This document shows positions 28,963 through 38,672 of a DNA stretch of 41,665 nt, in pieces. Each line of letters starts with the position of its first letter. Position 1 is the stretch's first letter. Under the pieces are notes generated by a model, which had not been told where the DNA came from, did no database searches, and saw only the letters and a list, made by a program, of their open reading frames with translations. The stretch lies in the NCBI GenBank assembly GCA_049680345.1, contig JBAUHP010000007.1, positions 1 through 41,665 of the forward strand, in the 5' to 3' direction. The translations under genes were made by a program, and so were the position numbers. This stretch comes from Albidovulum sp. Its GTDB lineage: Bacteria; Pseudomonadota; Alphaproteobacteria; Rhodobacterales; Rhodobacteraceae.

Positions 28963-30267
28963 TTAATCGGCATTTTCCTTGGCGCCGTGGAATTCAAAGT
29001 AAACCCCCGAAACGTCATCTTCGAATTCGTCGTTGCTATAGGTGCTCAGATGCCAATAAAGCGCCTCAAGAAACGCGGCACCGCGCAGATCGCCACATTG
29101 GGCGATGATCTTGGTCAGCCCGGCTTCCTCAAGTTGCGCCCCGTCTTGGTTCGTAGCCTCGGTAATGCCGTCTGACATCAAGAACAGCCGGTCGCCGGGG
29201 TTCAGCCGGGTCTCGATAGGCTCGTAAGTGGCTCCCTCAATCAGCCCGATCGGCATGCCGCCTTCGCCCAGATATTCAACATGGCCATCGGCGCGGATAA
29301 CGGCGGGGTGCGGATGGCCCGCTTGCACCATAACCACCTTGCCCGAAATAAGATCGACATCGGCATAGGCCAAAGTGAAGTAGTTTTCGGTCTGCATTTC
29401 CTTGAGCACGACGGTGTTGAGCGCTTCGGCAAGCTCTTCGGGCGGGCGCGCGTCGTAGATGCCAAATTCGGTCAAGACCAGCGCCATGTTTTGTTCAGGC
29501 GAATTGCCCGAAAGATAGCCTGCCAGACGCGCGGTCATCAGTGCAGAGGTGATGCCGTGGCCCGAAACGTCGATGGCAAAAAAGCCGACGCGGCGCGCGG
29601 TTATCGGGAAAAAGCCGACCAGATCGCCGCCAACATGGCCCGAGGGACGCAACAGCAGATTGACCTCGGCATTGCCGAAATTGCGCTGGCGTTCACGTAC
29701 CAGACTTTGCTGAAGTTTGCGCGCCTCAAGCAAGTCGCGGTCAATCGAATCGTAAAGGCCCTGCAATTCGCCCAAGGTCGATGACAACAGTCGGTTCTTT
29801 TCAGTCAGTTCGCGCTGCATCCGCAAGATGCGTTCGCCCGCCGCAATGCGGGCGCGCAATTCATCGCCATTGACCGGCTTGGTCAAGAAATCATCGGCAC
29901 CAACATCAAGGCCACGCGCAATCTCGGCCGATTCGGTCTTGGATGTCAGCAAGATGAAATAGGTGTAGCAATCGCGGCCCTGAGCGCGCAGTTGTGCGCA
30001 AAGATCAAGCCCGGTCATGCCCGTCATCATCCAATCCGAAATGATCAGTTCCGGATCGTTGGTTTCCAAAAGCGCCAATGCCTCTTCGGCAGAGCCGGCC
30101 TCAATCACCTTGTAACCCGCACGGGTCAATTGCGAGCCGAGGATCTTGCGCTGCACCCGGCTGTCATCAACGACCATGATCAGATCAAGGGCGCTGGGGA
30201 CATACGGCTTCGCCCCTTCGGAGGTGTTCAGTTGACGTGCCAACAATTCCGGCCCCGATTCAATCAC
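28963..30267 (-). CDS. Receiver domain + PP2C/SpoIIE phosphatase (RsbU/RbaY-like)
   Basis: VVDDS, SDWMM, DDFLTKP; VGGDL, DVSGHG, AGHP, SDGITE, DDVS. Start codon uncertain. Confidence 0.92.
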   Translation of the reverse strand: MIESGPELLARQLNTSEGAKPYVPSALDLIMVVDDSRVQRKILGSQLTRAGYKVIEAGSAEEALALLETNDPELIISDWMMTGMTGLDLCAQLRAQGRDCYTYFILLTSKTESAEIARGLDVGADDFLTKPVNGDELRARIAAGERILRMQRELTEKNRLLSSTLGELQGLYDSIDRDLLEARKLQQSLVRERQRNFGNAEVNLLLRPSGHVGGDLVGFFPITARRVGFFAIDVSGHGITSALMTARLAGYLSGNSPEQNMALVLTEFGIYDARPPEELAEALNTVVLKEMQTENYFTLAYADVDLISGKVVMVQAGHPHPAVIRADGHVEYLGEGGMPIGLIEGATYEPIETRLNPGDRLFLMSDGITEATNQDGAQLEEAGLTKIIAQCGDLRGAAFLEALYWHLSTYSNDEFEDDVSGVYFEFHGAKENAD

Positions 30268-30300
30268 ATCTGTTACGCCGCCACCCTAATCCAAACGGAG

Positions 30301-30315
30301 TTAAGACGAATTGAA
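30301..30315. promoter_or_regulatory. CtrA-like binding site (one mismatch)
   Basis: TTAA-GACGAAT-TGAA versus the TTAA-N7-TTAA consensus, in the divergent PP2C/Hpt promoter region. Confidence 0.45.
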
Positions 30316-30411
30316 CGCGGTTTTGATCATCTGCCGCACTTGGCATTTAACATTTGGGCAAGTTTCGGCGGCTAACCTGCATTCAGGTAGGGATCTATGG
30401 TGGTGGAAAAG

Positions 30412-30762
30412 ATGATTGATTGGACACGCGCAGGGGAACTGCGCCAAGAAATCGGTGACGACGGCTTTGCCGAAGTGGTCGAATTGTTTCTGGATGAGGT
30501 CGAAGATGTGGTGATGCGCCTGGGCGCTGCACCCAACCCCGCAACTTATGAGCAGGATTTGCATTTTCTCAAAGGCAGTGCGTGGAACCTTGGTTTCACC
30601 CATTTTGGCGCGCTGTGCCAAGATGGCGAACGCCGCGCGGCAAAAGGCGATGGCGCGGGCGTTGATATTGGCGCGGTGATTGAAAGCTATGGTGCCTCAA
30701 AGGCCGTGTTCATGGCCGGTCTGGACAAGATCGCCCGAGGTCGCACGCCAAGTGCGGCCTAA
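30412..30762 (+). CDS. Hpt domain protein
   Basis: MIDW..., ELFLDE, LHFLKGSAWNLG phospho-accepting His motif. Confidence 0.9.
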   Translation: MIDWTRAGELRQEIGDDGFAEVVELFLDEVEDVVMRLGAAPNPATYEQDLHFLKGSAWNLGFTHFGALCQDGERRAAKGDGAGVDIGAVIESYGASKAVFMAGLDKIARGRTPSAA

Positions 30763-30795
30763 GGCGCTTGGGGCAAATGCAGGCGCCACGGCAGA

Positions 30796-32037
30796 TCAGA
30801 TCAGGAATTCCGACAGCGCTTCATCCCCGGTGATATCGCGGAACGAAAAGCCTGCCGCGTCCAGCTGATCTGTCAGCGCCGCGAAATTAGCGGCACTTGT
30901 GGTCTCTATCCCGATCAGGACCGAGCCGAAATTGCGCGCGGATTTCTTGAGATATTCAAACCGCGCAATGTCATCGTCAGGGCCAAGCATGGCCAGAAAT
31001 TCGCGCAAAGCACCGGGGCGTTGCGGCATCCGCAAGATAAAATATTTCTTCAACCCCGCATAGCGCTGGGCGCGTTCCTTGACCTCGGGCAGACGCTCAA
31101 AGTCAAAATTGCCGCCCGATGTCACGCAAACCACGGTCTTGCCGCGCAACAAATCACCCAGGCTGGGTAAAACATCGACCGACATCGCACCGGCGGGTTC
31201 AAGCACGATGCCTTCGACATTCAACATCTCGAGCATGGTGATGCAGATACGGTCTTCGGGGGCCAAGAGCACGTGATCGGGGTTTACGCCCTTGAGCCGC
31301 GCAAAAGGCAAAGCGCCAATCCGCGCCACGGCGGCACCATCGACAAAATTGTTCACGCCTTTAAGCGTCACCGGTGCGCCCGCCGACAATGCGGCCGTCA
31401 GGCTGGCACCTCCCGTAGGTTCGACATACCGAAAACCGCAAGCAGGGGCGCATTGGGCAAAATAGCGGGTGACCCCGGATGCAAGCCCGCCCCCCCCGAC
31501 CGGCAAGATGACAAGATCGGGCGCGGACCCGAGTTGATCCAAGATCTCGACCGCGACACTGGCCTGACCCAAGATCACATCGCTGTCATCGAACGGCGAC
31601 AAGAAATGCGCGCCCGCCTCGGTGCAAAAGGCTTGGGCGGCGGCCAAAGTGCGGTCGAAATAATCGCCAATCAGACGGATTTCGACGCTGTCACCGCCAA
31701 AAATCCTTGTCTTGTCAATCTTTTGCTGGGGCGTGGTGACCGGCATGAAGATCGTGCCTTTGACCCCGAAATGCCTGCACGCATAGGCAACACCCTGGGC
31801 GTGATTGCCGGCACTGGCGCAGACGAATGTCGAAGCCCCCCCGGCAATCGCCTTGCCCATCGCGGTGAAAGCGCCGCGCAGCTTATAACTGCGCACCGGG
31901 GTCAGATCTTCGCGCTTGAGGTATATATCGGCACCATACCGGCTCGACAGATGATCGTTCAGCTGCATCGGCGTCGGATCAAACAGGTCGCGCAGGGCAA
32001 GTGCGGCGGCACGGGCGTTTTTTACAAATTCGTTCAT
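30796..32037 (-). CDS. ilvA: Threonine dehydratase (short form, single regulatory domain)
   Basis: LKREDL, SYKLRGA PLP lysine, ASAGNHAQG, PVGGGGL, SGGN, PQRPGAL. Confidence 0.96.
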   Translation of the reverse strand: MNEFVKNARAAALALRDLFDPTPMQLNDHLSSRYGADIYLKREDLTPVRSYKLRGAFTAMGKAIAGGASTFVCASAGNHAQGVAYACRHFGVKGTIFMPVTTPQQKIDKTRIFGGDSVEIRLIGDYFDRTLAAAQAFCTEAGAHFLSPFDDSDVILGQASVAVEILDQLGSAPDLVILPVGGGGLASGVTRYFAQCAPACGFRYVEPTGGASLTAALSAGAPVTLKGVNNFVDGAAVARIGALPFARLKGVNPDHVLLAPEDRICITMLEMLNVEGIVLEPAGAMSVDVLPSLGDLLRGKTVVCVTSGGNFDFERLPEVKERAQRYAGLKKYFILRMPQRPGALREFLAMLGPDDDIARFEYLKKSARNFGSVLIGIETTSAANFAALTDQLDAAGFSFRDITGDEALSEFLI

Positions 32038-32109
32038 CCCCAAGCTCTGCTTGGCCAGAGCGCAGTTGGCAAGGGGGGTTGCGCTATTTCAACGGCAAAA
32101 TCGAAGCGC

Positions 32110-32997
32110 TCAGGTTATTCGCCGGGACCGGTGCGGGCGTTCAAGCGGCGTGCCGCCAAAATGGCTGCGCAAGATCTGCGAAAGACGGCGATGCATGGAG
32201 CGGTGCCGGTTGCGGATATGAATGCCCGCGAAAACCGATTGCGGGATTGGCGGGGCATCGGCCACAAGCTGGCAAACGCCCGATTTCGCCAATTCCTCAG
32301 CCGATTGTTCCAACACATAAGCGCTTCCGCCCAAAGACGTGAGAAGGGCGACCATGGCCGCATTCTGGCCGATTGACAGGCTGGTCTCGGCAAGCTGGGG
32401 CAGAAGTGAGGTATGGACATGGGGAATTGCATCAGAGAAATGCGGCATGATGTAGGTATCGCGATTCACGCGGGCAAGGTGATCGGTTTCGGTTGAAACC
32501 ATGCGGTAGATGATCTCTCCCAATGTCTCGAAATGAAGATCCGGATGAAACCGGGGGGAAAAGAGGATCGCGAAATCTTCAATGCCGGTCGTCAGATCAG
32601 AGCTCATCTGCGACGAATAATCCGCTTCGAAGAAGAAGGACGTGTCGGGAAGGGCTGCCCGGAAATCCCGGATGAGCTTGCTGAAATGGATGCCAACCAG
32701 ATCATGCTGAATCCCGATCCGCATCCTGACGGCACCCGAGCCGGACCCCCCGATTGCATGACGCGCTTCGGTCCAGCCGTGCAGCAAGCTGCGCGCATGG
32801 GGCGCAAATCGAAGCCCCTCTGTGGTAAGCTGCGTGCCCGCCCGCGACCGGATGAAAAGCCGGTGGCCCAGTGTGGCCTCCAACGACTTTACCCGCCCCG
32901 AAATTGTGGATTGCGTCACCCCGATACGCTCTGCGGTCTTGTTGAAACTGCGGCTTTCGCACAGATCCAGAAATGTTTCGATAAGTTCGATTTGCAT
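32110..32997 (-). CDS. LysR family transcriptional regulator
   Basis: SFNKTAERIGVTQSTISGRVKSLE HTH; divergent from the GcvT-family operon. Confidence 0.93.
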   Translation of the reverse strand: MQIELIETFLDLCESRSFNKTAERIGVTQSTISGRVKSLEATLGHRLFIRSRAGTQLTTEGLRFAPHARSLLHGWTEARHAIGGSGSGAVRMRIGIQHDLVGIHFSKLIRDFRAALPDTSFFFEADYSSQMSSDLTTGIEDFAILFSPRFHPDLHFETLGEIIYRMVSTETDHLARVNRDTYIMPHFSDAIPHVHTSLLPQLAETSLSIGQNAAMVALLTSLGGSAYVLEQSAEELAKSGVCQLVADAPPIPQSVFAGIHIRNRHRSMHRRLSQILRSHFGGTPLERPHRSRRIT

Positions 32998-33009
32998 GAG
33001 GCACCTCTA

Positions 33010-33024
33010 ATCGCTAACTCCGAT
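33010..33024. promoter_or_regulatory. LysR-type recognition box
   Basis: ATCG-CTAACTC-CGAT dyad (T-N11-A) just upstream of the LysR start. Confidence 0.6.
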
Positions 33025-33102
33025 CAATAATCATGCCTATTACGAATTGAAAGAGCGTAGGAAAATATAGATAATCGCGCGATGGTCTAGCGGAGAGAAG
33101 AC

Positions 33103-35547
33103 ATGAGCGATTTTCCTACAACAGCGCGTGTGGTTATTATTGGCGGCGGGGCTGTTGGGGTCTCATCTCTTTATCATCTGGCCAAGGCCGGGTGGAGCGA
33201 TTGCGTTTTGTTGGAGAAGAATGAGCTTACGGCAGGCTCTACCTGGCATGCGGCAGGCAATGTGCCGACCTTCTCTACCTCGTGGTCGGTGATGAACATG
33301 CAGCGCTATTCGACCGAGCTTTACCGCGGTCTGGGGGCGGCGGTTGATTACCCGATGAACTACCATGTCACCGGATCGGTCCGTCTGGCCCATTCCAAAG
33401 AGCGGATGCAGGAATTTGAGCGTGCCAAGGGCATGGGGCTTTATCAGGGCATGGATCTTGAGATCCTGGCGGCTGATGAGATCAATGCGAAATACCCCTT
33501 CCTTGAAACCCATGATCTGAAAGGCGCGCTTTACGATCCCAATGATGGTGATATCGACCCCGCGCAGTTGACCCAGGCGCTGGCCAAAGGCGCGCGCGAT
33601 ATGGGTGCCACGATCTTGCGTTTCACCCCGGCAACCGGGGTTTCCCGCGAAAACGGTGAATGGATCGTCCATACCGAAAAGGGCGATATCCGCTGCGAAT
33701 ATGTGGTCAATGCGGCGGGCTATTATGCCCAGAAGGTCGGCGAATGGTTCAAGCCCTACGGCGGGCGCACCGTGCCGATGATGGTGATGAGCCACCAATA
33801 TCTGCTGTCAGAGCCGATCGCCGAGATTGAGGCATGGTCCAAGGAAGTTGGCCACAAGCTGCCGCTGTTGCGCGATGTCGATAGTTCTTACTACCTGCGG
33901 CAAGAAAAGACCGGCTTCAACCTTGGCCCTTATGAGCGTAACTGCAAGGCCCATTGGGTAACCCCGGATGACCCTTTCCCGGAAGATTTCAGCTTTCAGC
34001 TTTACCCCGATGATCTGGACCGTCTGGAATGGTATATTGAGGATGCGATGGCGCGGGTGCCGCTTTTGGGCACGGCCGGGATTTCCAAGGTCATCAACGG
34101 CCCGATCCCCTATGCCCCCGATGGCAACCCGCTGATCGGCCCGATGCCGGGCGTGCCCAATGCGTTTGAAGCCTGCGTCTTTACCTTCGGCATCGCTCAG
34201 GGTGGCGGGGCCGGTAAGGTTATGGCCGAATGGATCACTGAAGGCACCACCGAATGGGATATGTGGTCATGCGATCCGCGCCGCTATACCGATTATACCG
34301 ATCCTGACTATTGCGTGGCCAAGGGCATGGAAATCTATGGCCATGAATATGCCATGCATTTCCCCTGGCATCGCTGGCCTGCGGGCGCGGATCGTCGCCT
34401 GTCGTCGGTTCATGAAAAAGTGAAGGCGCTTGGCGGCCAGTTCGGTGCCTATAACGGGTGGGAACGTGCCAACTGGTTCGCGCAGCCCGGCGATGACACG
34501 TCTGAGGAAGCGACGCAAACATGGGGTCGTTCGGGCCCGTGGGAGGCACGCATTCGCGAGGAATGCGAAGCGGTGCGTGACGGTGTTGGTGTTCTGAACC
34601 TGCCGGGCTTTTCGCGCTATGAATTGTCGGGGACGGGTGCGGGCGATTGGCTGCGCGGCCTGACCTCGGGCGGGTTGCCCAAGGCGGGGCGCATGAGCCT
34701 TGCCTACTTCCCCGATCCGCGCGGGCGTATCCAGACTGAAATGTCGGTGATGAACCACGGCGATGACCGCTTCACGCTGATCACCGCATCGGTGGCGCAA
34801 TGGCATGACTTTGAATGGCTGAAAAAGCATCTGGCTGACGGGCTGAGCCTTGTTGATCGTTCGGGCGAGAATGACACGCTGATCGTCACTGGCCCGAAAT
34901 CGCGCGAGCTGTTCGCCGCCATCACCGATGCCGACCTTACCCTTGGCTGGCTGACCCATCAGATGGCCACCGTGGCGGGCAAGCCTTGCCAGTTGATGCG
35001 GGTAAGTTTCGCGGGTGAGCTGGGCTGGGAAGTCCATGCGAAATTCGCCGATATGCCCGCGATCTATGATGCGGTTCTGGCGGGTGGGGCCAAGCCCTTT
35101 GGCATGTGGGCGCTGAACAGCTTGCGGCTTGAAAAGGGTTACCGCGCCTGGAAGGGCGATCTTTCGACCGATTATTCGCTGCTTGAAGGCGGGCTTGAGC
35201 GTTTCGTCAAATTCGACAAACCGCAAGACTTCATCGGCAAGGCGGCCCTTCTGGCCGAAAAGCAGCGCGGCGTGAAAAAGCGCTTTGTGACCCTGGTGGT
35301 CGATGCCAAGGATTGCGACGCGCCCTATATGTCGACGATCTGGCATGATGGTAAGATCGTGGGTGAAACCACCTCGGGTGCCTGGGGGTACCGGGTGAAT
35401 GCCTCGGTCGCGCTGGGCCTGGTCAAGACCGCGCTTGCGGTGCCCGGGACCGAGGTTGAGGTAGAGATTTACGGCGAACGCTGCCGTGCTGTTGTGCAAG
35501 AAGATCAACCCCTTTGGGATCCGGCCAATGAACGGATCCGTGCATGA
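33103..35547 (+). CDS. FAD-dependent GcvT-family dehydrogenase (dimethylglycine dehydrogenase-like)
   Basis: GGGAVG, GSTWHAAG (covalent flavin His), GWERANWF, SFAGELGWEVH, SLRLEKGY. Confidence 0.9.
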   Translation: MSDFPTTARVVIIGGGAVGVSSLYHLAKAGWSDCVLLEKNELTAGSTWHAAGNVPTFSTSWSVMNMQRYSTELYRGLGAAVDYPMNYHVTGSVRLAHSKERMQEFERAKGMGLYQGMDLEILAADEINAKYPFLETHDLKGALYDPNDGDIDPAQLTQALAKGARDMGATILRFTPATGVSRENGEWIVHTEKGDIRCEYVVNAAGYYAQKVGEWFKPYGGRTVPMMVMSHQYLLSEPIAEIEAWSKEVGHKLPLLRDVDSSYYLRQEKTGFNLGPYERNCKAHWVTPDDPFPEDFSFQLYPDDLDRLEWYIEDAMARVPLLGTAGISKVINGPIPYAPDGNPLIGPMPGVPNAFEACVFTFGIAQGGGAGKVMAEWITEGTTEWDMWSCDPRRYTDYTDPDYCVAKGMEIYGHEYAMHFPWHRWPAGADRRLSSVHEKVKALGGQFGAYNGWERANWFAQPGDDTSEEATQTWGRSGPWEARIREECEAVRDGVGVLNLPGFSRYELSGTGAGDWLRGLTSGGLPKAGRMSLAYFPDPRGRIQTEMSVMNHGDDRFTLITASVAQWHDFEWLKKHLADGLSLVDRSGENDTLIVTGPKSRELFAAITDADLTLGWLTHQMATVAGKPCQLMRVSFAGELGWEVHAKFADMPAIYDAVLAGGAKPFGMWALNSLRLEKGYRAWKGDLSTDYSLLEGGLERFVKFDKPQDFIGKAALLAEKQRGVKKRFVTLVVDAKDCDAPYMSTIWHDGKIVGETTSGAWGYRVNASVALGLVKTALAVPGTEVEVEIYGERCRAVVQEDQPLWDPANERIRA

Positions 35548-36152
35548 CACGGCGCAAGTCGCCATCAATGAAAATCGTCCCGGCGCTGGTCAGTGTCGGG
35601 CGCGGTGGCGTCAAAGATGCAGCCGACCATGTTCTTGACGCCGAGGTTGGCGCCATGCCCATGGCCTTTGGCACCGCGCATAACCTGCTGACCCGCGCCG
35701 AAGTGCGCGGCGGCACGCGTGTTTTGGTGGTCTTCTCCGGCCAGCCGGTCGGCTACGCGGCCCTCAGGCTTGCGGCAATCCGTGGGGCGAAGGTTTTCGC
35801 CTTGTGTGATCCGGGGGCGGCCGCCGTCGCCCGCGCCGCCGGGGCAAGGGTGGTTGACCGGGCAGAGCTGACCCATGATTGCCGATATGACGCCATCATT
35901 AACCTGGACGACAAGCACGATCTTGGTGATTTCATGGGTCTGCTGGTCGGGCAGGGTCGCTACGTTGCGCAAGGCATCTTGCCCGAACCGTCGATTGCCG
36001 GTGCCACCCGACATCTTTTCTTGAACGACCTCACCCCGTTTGATCGCCCCCACCGCCCGCGCGAGATTTTCGCCGGAATGGTGACGCTGATCACGGCCCC
36101 GCATCTAAGTATCGTACCCAAAAAAGCCAACCCAGGAGCCGCCAATGAGTGA
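35544..36152 (+). CDS. Degenerate MDR-family (alcohol dehydrogenase/quinone reductase) fragment; possibly a pseudogene
   Basis: PMAFGTAHNLLTRAEV...RVLV...VGYAALRLAAIRGAKV resembles the MDR Rossmann region. The GroES domain is absent and the Gly-rich loop altered; the ORF overlaps both neighbours. Confidence 0.55.
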   Translation: MTRRKSPSMKIVPALVSVGRGGVKDAADHVLDAEVGAMPMAFGTAHNLLTRAEVRGGTRVLVVFSGQPVGYAALRLAAIRGAKVFALCDPGAAAVARAAGARVVDRAELTHDCRYDAIINLDDKHDLGDFMGLLVGQGRYVAQGILPEPSIAGATRHLFLNDLTPFDRPHRPREIFAGMVTLITAPHLSIVPKKANPGAANE

Positions 36153-38589
36153 TCTTCCCAAAAAGGCCCGTGTCGTCATTATTGGCGGCGGCATCATCGG
36201 CTGTTCGGTGGCATATCACCTGACCAAGCTGGGCTGGAAAGATGTGGTCTTGCTGGAACGCAAGCAGCTGACCTGCGGCACCACATGGCATGCGGCGGGC
36301 CTGATCGGGCAGCTGCGCTCTTCCGCCAATATGACCCGTCTGGCGAAGTATTCCGCCGATCTTTACCGCGGGCTGGAAGAGGAAACCGGGCTTGCCACCG
36401 GCACACGTCAGGTTGGGTCTGTCTCGGTCGCGCTGACGGATGAGCGTAAGGAAGAGCTGTTTCGCAACGCCTCTATGGCGCGCAGCTTTGGTGTGCCGGT
36501 CGAAGAGATGTCACCCCAAGAGGTGAAAGAGCGCTATGCGCATCTGAATATCGATGGGGTGAAGGCCGGGGTCTGGCTGCCGACCGACGGGCAGGGTGAT
36601 CCGGCCAATATCGCCTTGGCTCTGGCCAAGGGCGCGCGCAACCGCGGCGCTGTGGTTGCCGAGGGCGTAAAGGTAACGGCTGTGAAAGTCGAAGCCGGTC
36701 GCGCCCAATCGGTCAGCTGGCAAAGCGGTGACGATCAGGGCGAAATCACCGCCGATCACGTCGTCAACTGCGCGGGCATGTGGGGCCGCGAAGTGGGCCG
36801 CATGGCGGGCGTCAACGTGCCGCTGCATGCGTGCGAGCATTTCTATATCGTGACCGAGCCGATCCCCGGCCTTTCCCAGATGCCGGTTTTGCGGGTGCCT
36901 GATGAATGCGCCTATTACAAGGAAGACGCGGGCAAATACCTGTTGGGCGCGTTTGAACCCAATGCCAAACCATGGGGCATGGACGGTATCTCGGAAGATT
37001 TCTGTTTCGACCAGCTGCAAGAGGATTTCGATCATTTTGAACCGATCCTTGAACGCGCCGTAAGCCGCCTGCCGATGCTGGCCGAGGCGGGGATTCATAC
37101 CTTCTTCAACGGGCCCGAAAGCTTTACCCCCGATGACGCCTATAATCTGGGCCAATCGCTGGAAGTCGATAATTTCTGGGTCGCAGCCGGGTTCAACTCT
37201 ATCGGTATCCAATCGGCGGGCGGGGCCGGGATGGCGCTGGCGGAATGGATGGAAACCGGCGAAAAGCCCTTTGATCTTGGCGATGTCGATGTAGGCCGCA
37301 ACCAGCCCTTTCAGGGCAACAAGCATTACCTCTTTGAACGCTCCAAAGAAACGCTTGGCCTGCTTTACGCCGACCACTTCCCCTACCGCCAGAAGGCCAC
37401 CGCACGCGGTGTGCGCCGCACGCCCTTCCACGCGCATCTTAATGCCGAGGGCGCTGTCTTTGGCGAAATCGGCGGTTGGGAACGTGCGAACTGGTTCGCC
37501 AATGAAGGCCAGGAACGCGAATATCGCTATTCATGGGGCCGCCAGAACTGGTTTGAAAACTCGGCCGCCGAGCACCGCGCGGTGCGCGAGAATGTCGGCA
37601 TGTATGACATGTCCTCCTTCGGCAAGATCCGGGTCGAGGGGCGCGATGCCGAGGCGTTTTTGAACCATATCTCGGGTGCTGATATGTCGGTGCCCGCAGG
37701 CAAGATCGTCTATACCCAATTCCTTAACGTCAAGGGCGGGATCGAGGCCGATGTGACCGTGACACGGCTGTCAGAGACGGCCTATCTGGTGGTGACGCCA
37801 GCCGTGACCCGGTTGAAAGATCAGGTCTGGATGCGCCGCCATATGGGCGATTTCAACGTCGTTCTGACCGATGTGACCGCGGGCGAAGGTGTTTTGGCAG
37901 TGATGGGGCCGAATGCGCGCAAACTGATGCAAAAGGTCAGCCCCAATGATTTCTCGAATGAAGTGAACCCCTTCGGCACCGCACAAGAGATAGAGCTGGG
38001 CATGGGCCTCGCCCGGGTGCACCGGGTGTCTTACGTGGGTGAGTTGGGGTGGGAGATTTATGTATCCGCCGACATGTGCGGCCACGCCTTTGAAACCCTT
38101 TGGGATGCGGGGCGCGACATGGGGTTGAAGCTTTGCGGTATGCATATGATGGACAGCTGCCGGATCGAAAAGGCGTTCCGGCACTTTGGCCATGACATCA
38201 CCTGCGAAGATCACGTGCTGGAAGCGGGCCTTGGCTTTGCGGTCAAAACCTCAAAGCCCGATTTCATCGGCCGCGATGCGGTGTTGCGCAAGAAAGAGGC
38301 GGGCCTTGACACGCGCATGGTGCAGTTCCGCCTGACCGACCCAAAGCCGCTCTTGTATCATAATGAACCGCTGATCCGCGATGGCAAGATCGTCGGCTAC
38401 ATCTCTTCGGGCAACTACGGCCATACTTTGGGTGGCGCCATCGGCATGGGCTATGTGCCGTGCAAGGGCGAAACCACGGCCGATCTGATGGCATCAAGCT
38501 ATGAGATTGAAATTGCAGGTAAACGCGTCGCCGCCGTGGCCAGCCTGGCGCCGATGTACGACCCCAAGGGCGAACGTGCAAAGCAGTAA
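36145..38589 (+). CDS. FAD-dependent GcvT-family dehydrogenase (sarcosine/dimethylglycine dehydrogenase-like)
   Basis: GGGIIG, GTTWHAAG, NGPESFTPD, DMSSFGK, SYVGELGWEI, RIEKA. Confidence 0.9.
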   Translation: MSDLPKKARVVIIGGGIIGCSVAYHLTKLGWKDVVLLERKQLTCGTTWHAAGLIGQLRSSANMTRLAKYSADLYRGLEEETGLATGTRQVGSVSVALTDERKEELFRNASMARSFGVPVEEMSPQEVKERYAHLNIDGVKAGVWLPTDGQGDPANIALALAKGARNRGAVVAEGVKVTAVKVEAGRAQSVSWQSGDDQGEITADHVVNCAGMWGREVGRMAGVNVPLHACEHFYIVTEPIPGLSQMPVLRVPDECAYYKEDAGKYLLGAFEPNAKPWGMDGISEDFCFDQLQEDFDHFEPILERAVSRLPMLAEAGIHTFFNGPESFTPDDAYNLGQSLEVDNFWVAAGFNSIGIQSAGGAGMALAEWMETGEKPFDLGDVDVGRNQPFQGNKHYLFERSKETLGLLYADHFPYRQKATARGVRRTPFHAHLNAEGAVFGEIGGWERANWFANEGQEREYRYSWGRQNWFENSAAEHRAVRENVGMYDMSSFGKIRVEGRDAEAFLNHISGADMSVPAGKIVYTQFLNVKGGIEADVTVTRLSETAYLVVTPAVTRLKDQVWMRRHMGDFNVVLTDVTAGEGVLAVMGPNARKLMQKVSPNDFSNEVNPFGTAQEIELGMGLARVHRVSYVGELGWEIYVSADMCGHAFETLWDAGRDMGLKLCGMHMMDSCRIEKAFRHFGHDITCEDHVLEAGLGFAVKTSKPDFIGRDAVLRKKEAGLDTRMVQFRLTDPKPLLYHNEPLIRDGKIVGYISSGNYGHTLGGAIGMGYVPCKGETTADLMASSYEIEIAGKRVAAVASLAPMYDPKGERAKQ

Positions 38590-38672
38590 ATCCGCAGGGG
38601 CCGGTTGGCCCCCGGACCCTCACGAAGTTTCGAAATGAGTGAAAGCCACAAGGTTTTTCAGGGAGATGAGCA

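Noticed and set aside
34267..35568. 433-aa minus-strand ORF (also 36511-37437, 31273-32376, 25427-26317)
   Set aside because: Antisense shadows of well-supported genes.
38597..38621. GC-rich palindrome after the second GcvT-family gene as a REP/MITE
   Set aside because: Short, with no second copy seen in the window and no terminal repeats or target duplication.
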